A stretch of DNA of 64,000 bases from an uncultured Bacteroidales bacterium (GCA_902790595.1 CADASL010000011.1:35861-99860); one strand, 5' to 3'; counted from the stretch's first letter, positions 41,018 through 51,970 are shown. The notes: generated by a model from the letters alone, not told the origin. Program-made: numbers and translations.

Positions 41018-41536
41018 ATGATGAAAAGATTCTTAACACTTGTTGCCGTTTTGACCCTTACAGCAATGGCGACAGTTTCAAATGCACAAAATTTCAAGTT
41101 TGGTCATATAGATTCGGGACAGTTGCTTCAGCAGATGCCCGAGCGCGAGCAGGCACGTGCCCAACTCGAAAAATATGCCAAACAACTCGAAGACCAGATG
41201 GCCGCTATGCAGAGCGAGTTAGAGAACAAATACCAACAGTATCTTGAGCAACGCGACTCACTGCCGCAGGTTCTGCTTGAAGCTAAAGAAAGTGAGCTGA
41301 CCAACATCCAGCAACGCTTGCAGGCTTTCCAGCAGACAGCACAGAAAGATTTGAGCAACAAAGAGGGCGAATTGCTTCAGCCAATCATCGACAAGGCCAA
41401 GAAGGCTATCGACGAAGTGGCCGCCGAGAACAATTTCACCTACGTTTTCGATATGAGTATGGGCGCCATTCTTTACCACTCAGAGCAGAGTGTTGATATG
41501 CTGCCATTGGTTCTCAAAAAATTAGGGATAAAGTAA
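41018..41536 (+). CDS. skp: OmpH/Skp periplasmic chaperone, copy 2
   Basis: KFGHIDSGQLL...LLQPIIDKAKKAI...FTYVFD; -7 element TATATTTG at 40981-40988. Confidence 0.93.
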   Translation: MMKRFLTLVAVLTLTAMATVSNAQNFKFGHIDSGQLLQQMPEREQARAQLEKYAKQLEDQMAAMQSELENKYQQYLEQRDSLPQVLLEAKESELTNIQQRLQAFQQTAQKDLSNKEGELLQPIIDKAKKAIDEVAAENNFTYVFDMSMGAILYHSEQSVDMLPLVLKKLGIK

Positions 41537-41560
41537 ATTCTTTAAAATGAATTGATATGA

Positions 41561-41590
41561 CAATATCCAGCGGCCAACCGTTGGATATTG
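41561..41590 (+). terminator. Terminator after skp
   Basis: CAATATCCAGCGG-ccaa-CCGTTGGATATTG then TTGTTTT. Confidence 0.65.
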
Positions 41591-41608
41591 TTGTTTTAAG
41601 CAAACACA

Positions 41609-42427
41609 ATGAGTAACAATCCGATAGGCATATTCGACTCGGGGCTTGGCGGACTGACAGTGTGGCGCGAGGTGCGCCGGCAGCTGCCAAACGAGGACAT
41701 TGTGTACTTTGCCGACAGCCGCAACTGCCCCTACGGACCCAAGTCGCCAGATGAGATTGTGCGGCTGGCCCGCACCATTGCCGACGGACTGCTCGACGCC
41801 GGCTGCAAGCTGATTATAGTGGCCTGCAACACCGCCACCGCCGCGGCCATCGACGAGCTGCGCGCCGCATACTCTGTGCCGTTTGTGGGAATGGAACCGG
41901 CTATCAAGCAAGCCGCATTGCACACCCGCTCGGGCAAGGTTGGCGTTCTGGCCACCAAAGGCACCTTCAACGGCCGCCTCTACAAAGCCACAAGCCAGAA
42001 ATATGCCCGCAACATCGACGTGATGGTGCAGATTGGCGACGGCCTTGTTGAACTGGTTGAGGCCAACGAGTACAACGGCCCGAAAGCGCTTCCGCTGCTC
42101 CAGAAATACATCGGTCCGATGCTTGAGCACGGCGTTGACCAGATTGTTCTGGGCTGCACCCACTACCCTTTTTTCAAGCCGCAGATTGAGGCTTTGGCCG
42201 GCCCGCAAGTCACTGTCATCGACCCGGCTCCGGCAGTAGCCCGGCACGCCGCCGACCTGCTTGCCGAACACAGCCTGCTCAACACCGACAGCCGCTGCGT
42301 CACCGATGTTTTCGCGTCGTCGGGCAGCACCAGCACAATGGCGGCACTGCTCACATCGATAACCGGACGAAAATACAAGCGCGGAATGTTGCAAATGGGC
42401 GGCAATCAATACGATTGTCTGCGATAG
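41609..42427 (+). CDS. murI: Glutamate racemase
   Basis: IGIFDSGLGGLTV, ACNTATA, VLGCTHYP. Confidence 0.97.
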   Translation: MSNNPIGIFDSGLGGLTVWREVRRQLPNEDIVYFADSRNCPYGPKSPDEIVRLARTIADGLLDAGCKLIIVACNTATAAAIDELRAAYSVPFVGMEPAIKQAALHTRSGKVGVLATKGTFNGRLYKATSQKYARNIDVMVQIGDGLVELVEANEYNGPKALPLLQKYIGPMLEHGVDQIVLGCTHYPFFKPQIEALAGPQVTVIDPAPAVARHAADLLAEHSLLNTDSRCVTDVFASSGSTSTMAALLTSITGRKYKRGMLQMGGNQYDCLR

Positions 42428-42489
42428 AAAATGCGAATTATATTTTTATATTTGCGGTTCATACTGCAAAACAATATGAAATATTGGTT

Positions 42490-44049
42490 ATGTCATTGAA
42501 TAAGTTACTTTTAAGCATTACAGCGGTTCTGATGCTTACGGTTACGGCCTCAGCGCAGAACGATGATATCATCTTAATAAAAAAATACGCCGAAAACGCC
42601 TTTAAGAAAGGCGATTACGAGTATGCACTCCAAAACTATCTGGAGCTTTACAAGTACGACAAGGATAACCTCGACCTCAACTACCGCATTGGCGTCTGCT
42701 ACACTGAGACCAATGTCGACAAAGAAAAATCGGTTCCGTTTCTGGAATATGTGGTGAGTTTCAACAACTACCCCATCCGCACAAAATTCTTCCTTGGCAA
42801 GGCCTATATGTACAACTACCGGTTCACCGAGGCCATCGATGCGTTTTACGATTACAAGATGGTTGGCGTTGACGAGAACGATTTGTTTGAGTCGGACCGG
42901 ATGATTAAGATGTGCGATTACACCAAGGAGCTTATGAACAACCCTATAAACGTGACTTTCACACGCCTCGACACAACCATCAACTCAGAATTCGACGATA
43001 TGTGCCCGGTGGTGACTCCCGACAACAATCTGCTCTATTTTTCGAGCAACCGCCACTACATAAAGGAGTATGAGGCATACATCTACAGCGGCCAATACAG
43101 CGAACGTAAGAAAGGCTTTTGGCAGCCGGCCGTGCAAATTCCGATAAGCAGCTACGATGACGAGAATGTGGTGGGGTGCAGCCCCGACGGCAACAAAATG
43201 TTGGTTTACGCCAATGGCGATTATGCCACACACGACATTAAGATGTATATGCGCAAAGGTGCGAAATTCACCAAAGCTCCAGCAACAGACTTGCCTGCCG
43301 ATATGAACACCGACGATATTGAAATGGGCGCCTGCCTCACCGCTGATGGCAATACAATTTATTTCGCCAGCAACCGTCCTGGCGGACGCGGTGGCTTGGA
43401 TTTGTATGTGTCGCACCGTGGCCCTGACGGGAAATGGGGGCCGTCGGAGAATATGGGCACAACCATCAATACCGAATACGATGAGAATTATCCCGCTTTA
43501 AGCCCTGATGGTAAGACGCTGTATTTTGCATCGAAAGGACACGACAGTATGGGCGGTTATGATATTTTCAGGGCATCGTTCAATGAAGATGCCGGCTCTT
43601 GGTTTATGCCAATGAATATGGGGTTCCCATTGAACACTCCGCTCGACGACACAAAATTATCATTTACGGCCGACGGCTCGGCATACATTGCAGCCAAACG
43701 CAAAGAAGGCGTCGGCAATCTCGACATTTACCAGGTTAATTTCATCAGCGATGATGCTGCCCAACCATCATTCTACCAGGGAGTTGTTTTTGTGGGCGAG
43801 AATGAGGATACCGCCCTGCCGCATAATGAGCGAATGCCTAAGGCTTATGCCTGGGTGTATGACGAATATGGCAACATTATCAGGCAGATAAATGTCGACG
43901 AAGGTGAGTTCTTTGCTCAATTATTTGCCGGCGATTACACGGTTGAAGTCAAATTCGAAGGACAGCAATCGGGATACAAAGAAAAACTTCATATCGCGGG
44001 AAGCGACGAATATATAGCTAGAGAAATCTATCTGAAACCTATCAAATAA
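42490..44049 (+). CDS. Exported TPR + PD40 (WD40-like propeller) protein, copy 1
   Basis: Signal peptide from ATG 42490 (-7 element at 42447-42454); TPR helices; repeats YFASNRPGGRGGLDLYVS and YFASKGHDSMGGYDIF; short C-terminal beta domain. Confidence 0.85.
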   Translation: MSLNKLLLSITAVLMLTVTASAQNDDIILIKKYAENAFKKGDYEYALQNYLELYKYDKDNLDLNYRIGVCYTETNVDKEKSVPFLEYVVSFNNYPIRTKFFLGKAYMYNYRFTEAIDAFYDYKMVGVDENDLFESDRMIKMCDYTKELMNNPINVTFTRLDTTINSEFDDMCPVVTPDNNLLYFSSNRHYIKEYEAYIYSGQYSERKKGFWQPAVQIPISSYDDENVVGCSPDGNKMLVYANGDYATHDIKMYMRKGAKFTKAPATDLPADMNTDDIEMGACLTADGNTIYFASNRPGGRGGLDLYVSHRGPDGKWGPSENMGTTINTEYDENYPALSPDGKTLYFASKGHDSMGGYDIFRASFNEDAGSWFMPMNMGFPLNTPLDDTKLSFTADGSAYIAAKRKEGVGNLDIYQVNFISDDAAQPSFYQGVVFVGENEDTALPHNERMPKAYAWVYDEYGNIIRQINVDEGEFFAQLFAGDYTVEVKFEGQQSGYKEKLHIAGSDEYIAREIYLKPIK

Positions 44050-44055
44050 CAGACA

Positions 44056-45582
44056 ATGAAAAAGTTAATACCAATAGTGCTGGCAATATCGGTTATTGCG
44101 CCGTTTGCAACCAAGGCACAAGACGTGAGAGAGGCTAACTTCCAATTCAAGCAAGACAACTACCCGACAGCGCTCAAGTTGTATCTGCCTGCATATAAAA
44201 AAGATACTGGCAATGTTGATATTGCTTACGCGATAGGAATCTGCAAAATCCGCACCAACGCCGCTCCGGCCGAGGCTCTGCCGTATCTGCTTAAAGCTGA
44301 GCCGAAATATGGCCAGACTGAGGATTTTCAAATGGCGCTGATACGCGCATATCTCTACAACCAGCAGTTCGACAAGGCCCGCGAGCTTTGCTCGAAAGCT
44401 GAGGCGAAATTCAAATCGTCGATTGAGATTGACGCGCTCAAAGCATACATCGGCAATGCCGAAAAAATGATAAAAAAGCCGCTCGATGTCACTTTCGTGA
44501 ATCTGGGCAAGGGCATCAACAGCGAGATGGACGAGATAACCCCGATGCTCACCATCGACAACGAGCTGCTGCTCTACTCATCGAACCGCAAGTATGACAC
44601 TGAAGTTAAGGAGTTTACGTGGGACGTACTCCACTCGGCCAGCGATGCGGGCGATTTCAAGAAGAACCGCGCGGCCACAGGAGTCAACACCGTTGAGAAC
44701 GAGATAATGGCCGGCTTGTCGGTTGGCAGCGGCGAGATTTATTTCCAACAGGAAGCCTACGGCATTGAACGTGACATAATTATGTCGGGCATCGAAAACG
44801 GGACTCTGAAAGGCAAGAACATTCTGCCGCCAACCATCAACACTCGCAACCTTGAGCAGGGCGCCACATCGACGGCGAGCGGCGACACAATGATATTCTC
44901 GAGTGCGGGACTGGGCGGCCAGGGCGGCCTCGACCTGTTCTACTCCGTTCGTCTGCCCAACGGCGACTGGTGCGCCCCGACTAATCTTGGCAGCCTGAAC
45001 ACCAAATACGACGAGTCGTACCCGATGCTCTCTGCCGACTGCAAGAAACTCTATTTCTGCAGCAACGGCCTCAACTCGATGGGCGGTTACGATATTTTTG
45101 TCTGCGACATCGACTTGAAGACGTTCAAAACCGGTGAACCCAAAAACATCGGCTACCCGCTCAACGATATGTACGACAACCTGACTATCAGCTACACGCT
45201 CGACGGCACCTACGCCTATGTTTCGGCCATCCGTCCCGACTCGTACGGCTACGCCGACATCTATCGCGTGGTTTTCAACGAGAAAGACCCGATGGTTAAA
45301 ATGTACATTGTCAAGTTGGTAACTCAGCAAGGCGACCAGAGCGTTGATTTTGGTGAAACCGACACCAATTTGAAGATTTCGGTGCTTAAAAACAAAACGC
45401 TCTTTGGCACTTACAACTACAACCCCGCCGCAAGCAACGTGGTGGTGGCCCTGCTGCCAGGAAACTACACGCTTGAGATTGAGGGCGCCACGATTGAGCC
45501 GTTCACAATGAAAATCAACGTTCCGAACGCTCCTGGCAAGAAGATAGAGAACACAAAAGCTGTTCTTAAAATCAAGAAATAG
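44056..45582 (+). CDS. Exported TPR + PD40 protein, copy 2
   Basis: Signal peptide; TPR; GGQGGLDLFYS, YFCSNGLNSMGGYDIF, YGYADIYRV. Confidence 0.85.
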   Translation: MKKLIPIVLAISVIAPFATKAQDVREANFQFKQDNYPTALKLYLPAYKKDTGNVDIAYAIGICKIRTNAAPAEALPYLLKAEPKYGQTEDFQMALIRAYLYNQQFDKARELCSKAEAKFKSSIEIDALKAYIGNAEKMIKKPLDVTFVNLGKGINSEMDEITPMLTIDNELLLYSSNRKYDTEVKEFTWDVLHSASDAGDFKKNRAATGVNTVENEIMAGLSVGSGEIYFQQEAYGIERDIIMSGIENGTLKGKNILPPTINTRNLEQGATSTASGDTMIFSSAGLGGQGGLDLFYSVRLPNGDWCAPTNLGSLNTKYDESYPMLSADCKKLYFCSNGLNSMGGYDIFVCDIDLKTFKTGEPKNIGYPLNDMYDNLTISYTLDGTYAYVSAIRPDSYGYADIYRVVFNEKDPMVKMYIVKLVTQQGDQSVDFGETDTNLKISVLKNKTLFGTYNYNPAASNVVVALLPGNYTLEIEGATIEPFTMKINVPNAPGKKIENTKAVLKIKK

Positions 45583-45591
45583 AGCACGTTA

Positions 45592-46281
45592 ATGAGTTAC
45601 AAGTGGCTGTATTTCGATTTGGACGGCACGCTTTGGGATTTTGCCGCCAATTCCGAATACACACTGCGGTTCATTATGCGCCAAATGCTGCCCGAGCTTG
45701 TGCCTCACGAGCAGGAATTCCTTGATTTATACCACCATTACAACGATATTCTCTGGGTAGAATACGGTCTGGGAAAAATCTCCAAAGAGCTTCTGCGCTG
45801 GAAGCGTTTTCACGATGCGCTTGTTCCTTTCGGCATCACCGACAAAGCTGTAGCTGAGACATTTGGTGAACGTTACATTGAAATGTCACCGCACCAGACG
45901 CGCGTTGTGCCGCACACATTCGAAGTGCTCGACTACTTGAAAGCGAAAGGTTACCATCTTTATCTGCTGACCAACGGATTTATTGAAATTCAACATATTA
46001 AGACAACCGAATCGGGGCTGGCGCCTTATTTTGAGAAGGTTTTCACGTCGGACGAGATGGGCTACAAAAAGCCGCACAAGCTGGCGTTCGACTATGCGGT
46101 GAAATATGTGAACGCCCGTAAACGCGAGTGCCTGATGATTGGCGACGAATGGCCAACCGATATTGTTGGCGCCCGCCAGGCCGGCATCGACCAGGTTTAC
46201 GTCAATCTGCGCAACAAACCTGCCGAAGGACCGGTGACTTATGAGATTCACAATTTGCTGGAATTGAAGGAGATATTGTAG
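45592..46281 (+). CDS. yjjG: YjjG family HAD pyrimidine nucleotidase
   Basis: FDLDGTLWDF, LTNGF, KKP, MIGD...DIVGA. Confidence 0.92.
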   Translation: MSYKWLYFDLDGTLWDFAANSEYTLRFIMRQMLPELVPHEQEFLDLYHHYNDILWVEYGLGKISKELLRWKRFHDALVPFGITDKAVAETFGERYIEMSPHQTRVVPHTFEVLDYLKAKGYHLYLLTNGFIEIQHIKTTESGLAPYFEKVFTSDEMGYKKPHKLAFDYAVKYVNARKRECLMIGDEWPTDIVGARQAGIDQVYVNLRNKPAEGPVTYEIHNLLELKEIL

Positions 46282-46351
46282 AATTCAGTTGTTGAAAATC
46301 CCAAAAAGTATAGTGCGAAAGATTTCGCCCCTACGCGTTTTATACCACGCC

Positions 46352-46513
46352 CCGTAGGCGAAAATTGTCCCGTTAAGGACAACAGATTGGTAGAAATATG
46401 TCCCAAGAAGAATGGCGTGCCGTAGGTACGCCACATAAAAAATGTTGTTGCGTACCTACGGCACGCTCAATCAATAATGAAAGCCGGTTTCTACCAATCT
46501 TTCGCGCCTACGG
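46352..46513. mobile_element. REP/MITE-like element with three nested inverted repeats
   Basis: CCGTAGGCG 46352-60 / CGCCTACGG 46505-13; AGATTGGTAGAAA 46384-96 / TTTCTACCAATCT 46488-500; GCGTGCCGTAGGTACGC 46415-31 / GCGTACCTACGGCACGC 46450-66 (all perfect). Confidence 0.75.
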
Positions 46514-46793
46514 CGCATTTCATTGGCTATTTTTCAAGATTTCTCGCGAATCGATACCCTAAACCCATTATCCGCCTACTGAAACCGATTCGAATATTTT
46601 TGTTTTCATTTGGTTAGAGACAAAATTTTACCCGAATCATTAAAAAAAACGGGTAGTCCGTTCAAAAAAGCGATAAAAATCGCTAATCCCCATATAAAAA
46701 TTAGGGGTACATTCAAAATTTTATAAGAAAATCACGTACAGAATACCATTTTTGCCATATCTTTGTGCCGAAATCTTAAAAAAGCAGACAACA

Positions 46794-48986
46794 ATGTCAA
46801 CAATCCGTTTCAAGGCTTTGGAGCAACTGATGAACCGTCAAGCGGTGAAGGTTGAGATGCCCGACAAAAAAACGTCGGAGTATTATGCCGAAAATGTTTT
46901 CGACAAGAGCAAAATGAAAGAGTTCCTGTCGCGTGAGGCTTACGAGTGCGTCATCGACTCAATCGATAACGGCACGCGCATTCCGCGCCGCATTGCCGAC
47001 CAGGTGGCGTCGGGGATGAAGGCGTGGGCGCTGGGCAAGGGCGCAACGCACTACACGCACTGGTTCCACCCGCTCACCGGCTCAACGGCCGAGAAGCACG
47101 ACGCTTTCTTTGAACCGAATTTCGACAGCGCAACCGGCATTGAGGCTTTCGATGGCGGCAAACTGGCACAGCAAGAGCCTGACGCTTCGAGTTTCCCGAG
47201 CGGCGGATTGCGCAACACTTTCGAGGCGCGCGGCTATACGGCCTGGGACCCTTCGTCGCCAGCCTTCATATTGGAGAAAACACTTTGTATTCCAACCATT
47301 TTCATATCGTACACGGGCGAGGCGCTCGATTTCAAAACACCGCTTCTGAAGGCCACTTCGGCTTTGAACGATGCGGCTGTCGGCGTTTGTCAGTATTTCG
47401 ATAAAGACGTCACGAAAGTGGTGACCACGCTGGGTTGGGAGCAAGAGTATTTCCTTGTCGATTCGGCGCTGTTCCTGGCCCGTCCCGACTTGCAGCTCAC
47501 CGGCCGCACCCTTATGGGGCACGCTTCGGCCAAAGACCAACAGTTGGACGACCACTATTTTGGCACCATTCCAAGCCGCGTGAGCGCCTTTATGCGCGAT
47601 TTTGAGGTTGAGGCCTATCGGTTGGGAATTCCTGTCAAGACACGTCATAACGAGGTGGCACCCAATCAGTTTGAGTGCGCACCGGTGTTCGAGGAAGCCA
47701 ATCTGGCAGTCGACCACAATATGCTGCTGATGGACCTTATGAAGAAAGTTGCACGCCGCCACAACTTCAATGTGCTTTTCCACGAAAAGCCGTTTAAGGG
47801 AATCAGCGGGTCGGGCAAGCACAACAACTTCTCGATGGCCACCAACACAGGCGTCAATCTGCTGTCGCCGGGCAAAAATCCGAAGAGCAATATGCAGTTT
47901 TTGGTTTTTCTGGCCTGCACAATCAGCGCAGTCTATGAGTACGGCGACCTTTTGCGCGCCAGCATAGCCACTGCCGGCAACGAGCACCGTTTGGGCGCAA
48001 CCGAGGCGCCGCCGTCGATTATGTCGGTGTTCCTTGGAAGCTATCTGTCTGGCATTCTTGACGATATAGAGCAACGCGTGAGCGACAAGAAGATGACGCC
48101 CGACGAGAAAACCGACATAAAATTGGGCATTGGGCGGATTCCGGAGATTCTGCTCGACAACACCGACCGCAACCGCACGTCGCCGTTTGCCTTCACGGGC
48201 AACCGCTTCGAGTTCCGCTCGGCCGGAGCCAGCGCCAACTGCGCCGCACCAATGACGTTCCTTTGCCTTGGCGTGGCCGACCAGCTGCGCAAGTTCAAGC
48301 AGAAGGTTGATGCAAAAATCGATGCTGGCGTGAAGAAGGACGAAGCAATCTTCCAAGAGCTGAAAGAGTTGATAGTTTACTCAAAACCAGTGCGTTTCGA
48401 CGGCAACGGCTACAGCCGCGAGTGGGAAAAAGAGGCCGAGCGCCGCGGACTGTCGAACCCCAAGGGCGCCATTGCCGCACTGGAGGCTTTCCGCGACCCG
48501 AAGAATATCGACCTTTGCACAAGTGCTAAAGTGTTCACTGAGCGTGAGATAGAAGCGCGCCACGAGATTCGCGTCGAGAACTACACCAAGAAGATTCAGA
48601 TTGAGTCGCGCGTGTTGGGCGATTTGGCCACAAACCACATTATACCAACCGTTTACAAGTATCAGAACCAACTGATTGAGAATGTGCGCGGCTTGAAAGA
48701 AGTGCTTAGCGAGGCCGATTTCAACGAGGTTGCCGAGTTGCAGTTGGAGACTATCAAAGACATTTCGAAACGCATAACAGCCATAAAATCAATGGTTACT
48801 GAAATGACCGAGGCCCGCAAGCACGCCAACGCCATTACCGACATTTTTGAGAAGGCACGGGCCTATTCCGACAATGTGAAGCCTTATCTGGACAGCATTC
48901 GCGAGCATATCGACCATTTGGAAATGATTTCGGACAACGAGATTTGGCCGTTGCCGAAATACCGTGAGCTGCTGTTCTCGCATTAA
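46794..48986 (+). CDS. glnA: Glutamine synthetase type III
   Basis: ATHYTHWFHPLTG, EPDASSFPSGGLR, HNEVAPNQFE, HEKPF...GSGKHNN, DRNRTSPFAFTGNRFEFR; ATG at 46794 with -7 element TATCTTTG at 46758-46765. Confidence 0.97.
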   Translation: MSTIRFKALEQLMNRQAVKVEMPDKKTSEYYAENVFDKSKMKEFLSREAYECVIDSIDNGTRIPRRIADQVASGMKAWALGKGATHYTHWFHPLTGSTAEKHDAFFEPNFDSATGIEAFDGGKLAQQEPDASSFPSGGLRNTFEARGYTAWDPSSPAFILEKTLCIPTIFISYTGEALDFKTPLLKATSALNDAAVGVCQYFDKDVTKVVTTLGWEQEYFLVDSALFLARPDLQLTGRTLMGHASAKDQQLDDHYFGTIPSRVSAFMRDFEVEAYRLGIPVKTRHNEVAPNQFECAPVFEEANLAVDHNMLLMDLMKKVARRHNFNVLFHEKPFKGISGSGKHNNFSMATNTGVNLLSPGKNPKSNMQFLVFLACTISAVYEYGDLLRASIATAGNEHRLGATEAPPSIMSVFLGSYLSGILDDIEQRVSDKKMTPDEKTDIKLGIGRIPEILLDNTDRNRTSPFAFTGNRFEFRSAGASANCAAPMTFLCLGVADQLRKFKQKVDAKIDAGVKKDEAIFQELKELIVYSKPVRFDGNGYSREWEKEAERRGLSNPKGAIAALEAFRDPKNIDLCTSAKVFTEREIEARHEIRVENYTKKIQIESRVLGDLATNHIIPTVYKYQNQLIENVRGLKEVLSEADFNEVAELQLETIKDISKRITAIKSMVTEMTEARKHANAITDIFEKARAYSDNVKPYLDSIREHIDHLEMISDNEIWPLPKYRELLFSH

Positions 48987-49023
48987 TTGAAGAATTGAAT
49001 GTGTGAATGATTGAATAATTGAC
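48984..49023. repeat. Degenerate octamer tandem repeat (TAATTGAA-like x5)
   Basis: taattgaa gaattgaa tgtgtgaa tgattgaa taattgac, beginning at the glnA stop. Confidence 0.5.
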
Positions 49024-49035
49024 TAAATTGGAGCC

Positions 49036-49662
49036 GTGAAAGAGTTGGAAAAATATCCAGTTAATCTTGACGGGCTCCAAGTCCTGGCAAAACCCGACGC
49101 ACGCAAGTACGCCGAGTGTTGCGCGTTGGCCTATCGCCCGTATCCGCTCACCGACTGGATGCTGGACAAATATGTGCCGACGCTGCAGTTTGCCGATGTC
49201 TGGCACACCAATTTTCTTTGCACAATCAACAACTCGATTTCAATTGCCGACTCGCCCGAATGTAACGCCGTGGCGGTGTGGCTGCCTCCCAAGAGCTCCG
49301 GCCTCGACACATTCAAGTACATTTGCTGCGGAGGTTGGCAGTTTGTAAGCCGCTGGCCGAGGATGCTAACCTACGAGAATTTTGCGAAAAAAATGAAGGA
49401 ACGCCTGGCGGGCGACAATTGCTGGTATCTGAACAACCTGGCAACCAGACCTTTGTGGCAGGGACGCGGGCTCGCCTCTCGCCTCGTGAGTCCGTTTCTC
49501 GATTTGTGCGACGCAACCGACACTCCGGCTTTCCTCGAAACTCACATCGAAAAGAATATTGTGATGTACGAACACTTCGGATTCCGTATTGTAGGAACGG
49601 GCATTATACCCGGAACCAACATCAGGCATTACGCAATGATGTATGGGCACAAAAAGATGTGA
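49036..49662 (+). CDS. GNAT family N-acetyltransferase
   Basis: WYLNNLATRPLWQGRGLAS, FLET...N...YEHFGF. Confidence 0.88.
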   Translation: MKELEKYPVNLDGLQVLAKPDARKYAECCALAYRPYPLTDWMLDKYVPTLQFADVWHTNFLCTINNSISIADSPECNAVAVWLPPKSSGLDTFKYICCGGWQFVSRWPRMLTYENFAKKMKERLAGDNCWYLNNLATRPLWQGRGLASRLVSPFLDLCDATDTPAFLETHIEKNIVMYEHFGFRIVGTGIIPGTNIRHYAMMYGHKKM

Positions 49663-49688
49663 AAAACAGACTCATTTATAACGCATAG

Positions 49689-49721
49689 AAACGGCCGGGA
49701 ACCTTCGCTCCCGGCCGTTTT
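49689..49721. terminator. Bidirectional terminator between convergent genes
   Basis: AAACGGCCGGGA...TCCCGGCCGTTTT. Confidence 0.75.
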
Positions 49722-49762
49722 CTATTGAAGGCAGACGGTTCACCGCCTCTCACCAATTACTC

Positions 49763-51970
49763 TTATTTATCCTTCATCAGCACCTCAACCATCTTACGAA
49801 GCTCATCAACCTGCTTTTGCAAATCGTCTTTCTCGGCTTTCAGTTCTTTAATGGCCTCGATGAGGACGGGTGCGATGCCAACATAATCCACCGATTTGAA
49901 ACCTTGGGAATCGGTGTTGACAAGCTCCGGCAAAACCTCCTCAAGTTCTTGGGCAATTACGCCAATCTGTAGATTGTCGCCATATCCATAAACCAAACTA
50001 TCCGGATTTTCACCTTTAGCAGCAGCCATTTCCTCACGATTTTTCCAGTAATAAGTTACACCGCGCAACCGCAGCACCTTGTCCAAAGCTCCGTTGATGG
50101 TGGTTATCTCTTTTTTCAAGCGCACATCGGAATCTTTGGTAAGACTTCCTGTATATCCAAGGTTTCCATTTACTTTCAAAAGACTATTATCAAACTCTCC
50201 ATATATCAACGGGGTTGTAGTTCTGCTGTTAGCGATATAAAGTTTGTTGTCGCCTGTTGCGTTCATACCAGCCTCATTTCCGATAAATATATTGCCAGAG
50301 CCTACAGTGAAGTTTTCACCAGCACCTGCGCCTATAAATATGTTGTTAGAGCCCTGTTCAAAAGACCAACCTGCATAATAACCGAAAAATGAATTTCTTC
50401 GACCGGTTGTTGTTCCTGATGCACCATCTTTTGCTGTACCTGTATAATCACCTACAAAAACATTGCCTCCTCTGCCGCTGCCAGCGGTCGACTTATCGTC
50501 GTAGTTTAATCCGGATTGGTATCCAATAAATATGTTGCTCTTAGATTGCGTGTTACTATAACCTGCACGATAACCGATAAAAATGTCATTCGTTGCGGAG
50601 GTATTGTTGTCGCCTGACTCGGAATAACCATAGCCCGCATAATAGCCGATAAACACATTATTAGAACCAGTTTTATTGTATGAACCTGCTCTAGAACCCA
50701 CAAACGTGTTGTTATCGCCACTTTCATGCCATTTGCCCGAGGTTTGTCCTAAGAATGTATTATCATCTCCACTTTTATGAGCATAACCCGCATAATAACC
50801 AAAGTACGAATTATGATGCCCCGATGATGTTGCTGTGCTACTTTGGTTTCCTTCTGCCGGCCCACAACCTGCCATATCGCCCACAAACACATTACCTCCT
50901 TTGCGGTAATCGGTATTAGTCTTGTCATCGAAACTAAAACCCGCTGTATATCCGATAAAAACATTATGCATTGATTGTGTGGTTTTATAACCTGCTTGAT
51001 TTCCCAAAAACGTATTGTTAGTTCCGTATTTTTGGTTATATCCTGCTAAATATCCTATATATACATTATTTACACCCAAATCTCTTTCTTTACCACTGAT
51101 AGTTGTTTTTCCGCCAATATTGCTGTGACCTGCATCATTACCAATAAACACATTGTTAAAGCCTTCTGTATTAGCCCAACCTGCTTGGTAACCCATAAAC
51201 ACGTTATTCTGGCCAGTGTTATTGACTATGCCGGCGTTGTTTCCTACGAATGTGTTATTCTTACCAGAAGTTACTTTCTTTCCAGCATCATATCCAGCAA
51301 AGAAGTTTTGTGCTGTAACATTCATATAACCAGAGTTGCCATTTGCACCTTTCTCCGTTACAGCAAAACCACTCTTGTCTCTTGAGCCAGCCTTGCCTTC
51401 AACTCCGAAGCCGCTTTTGTTGCTGCCACCGTCAACATAAACGCGGGTACTGTCGCGGGTAACCTCAAGCACATCGGAATCGGCGCCCTTGGTTGCATCG
51501 CGGCCGGTTACCACAAAACCACTTCGACGGGCTTTCGATTCATCTGTATCGAATTTCACCTGAGTGCCGTCGGTGGCCACCCTCAAATAATCGGTCGGGG
51601 CGTCCTTAGTTGCGTCGCGGCCCGTTACCACGAATCCGCTACGGCGGGCCTTGCTGCTGGCGGTATCATCGATAAAGACTTTTGTGCCCTCTCCATCGAC
51701 TGCTAAAATACTATTTGTGGCGCCGCCCTTGGTGGCATCGCGGCCAGTTACCACGAATCCGCTCCGACGGGCTTTACTATCTCCTTCGTCGACAAACACT
51801 TGCGTGCCTTCGCTGTTGATTGCAAAATAATCGTTGCTCTCGCCGCCTTTCGTCGCATCACGACCGGTTACTACGAATCCGCTACGGCGGGCCTTGCTGC
51901 TGGCGGTATCATCGATAAAGACTTTTGTGCCCTCTCCATCGACTGCTAAAATACTATTTGTGGCGCCGCC
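49763..51970 (-). other. C-terminal reading frame of the fibre gene (repeats, ~17 N-x-F-x-G-x-x-A-G beta-roll units, Peptidase_S74 domain from about 50131)
   Basis: NNTFVGNNAG, NNVFMGYQAG etc.; S|DVRLKKEI...LRGVTYYW...IGVIAQELEEVLPELV...VDYVGIAPVLIEAIKEL. The track start at 52075 is out-of-frame sequence of the upstream half. Confidence 0.75.
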
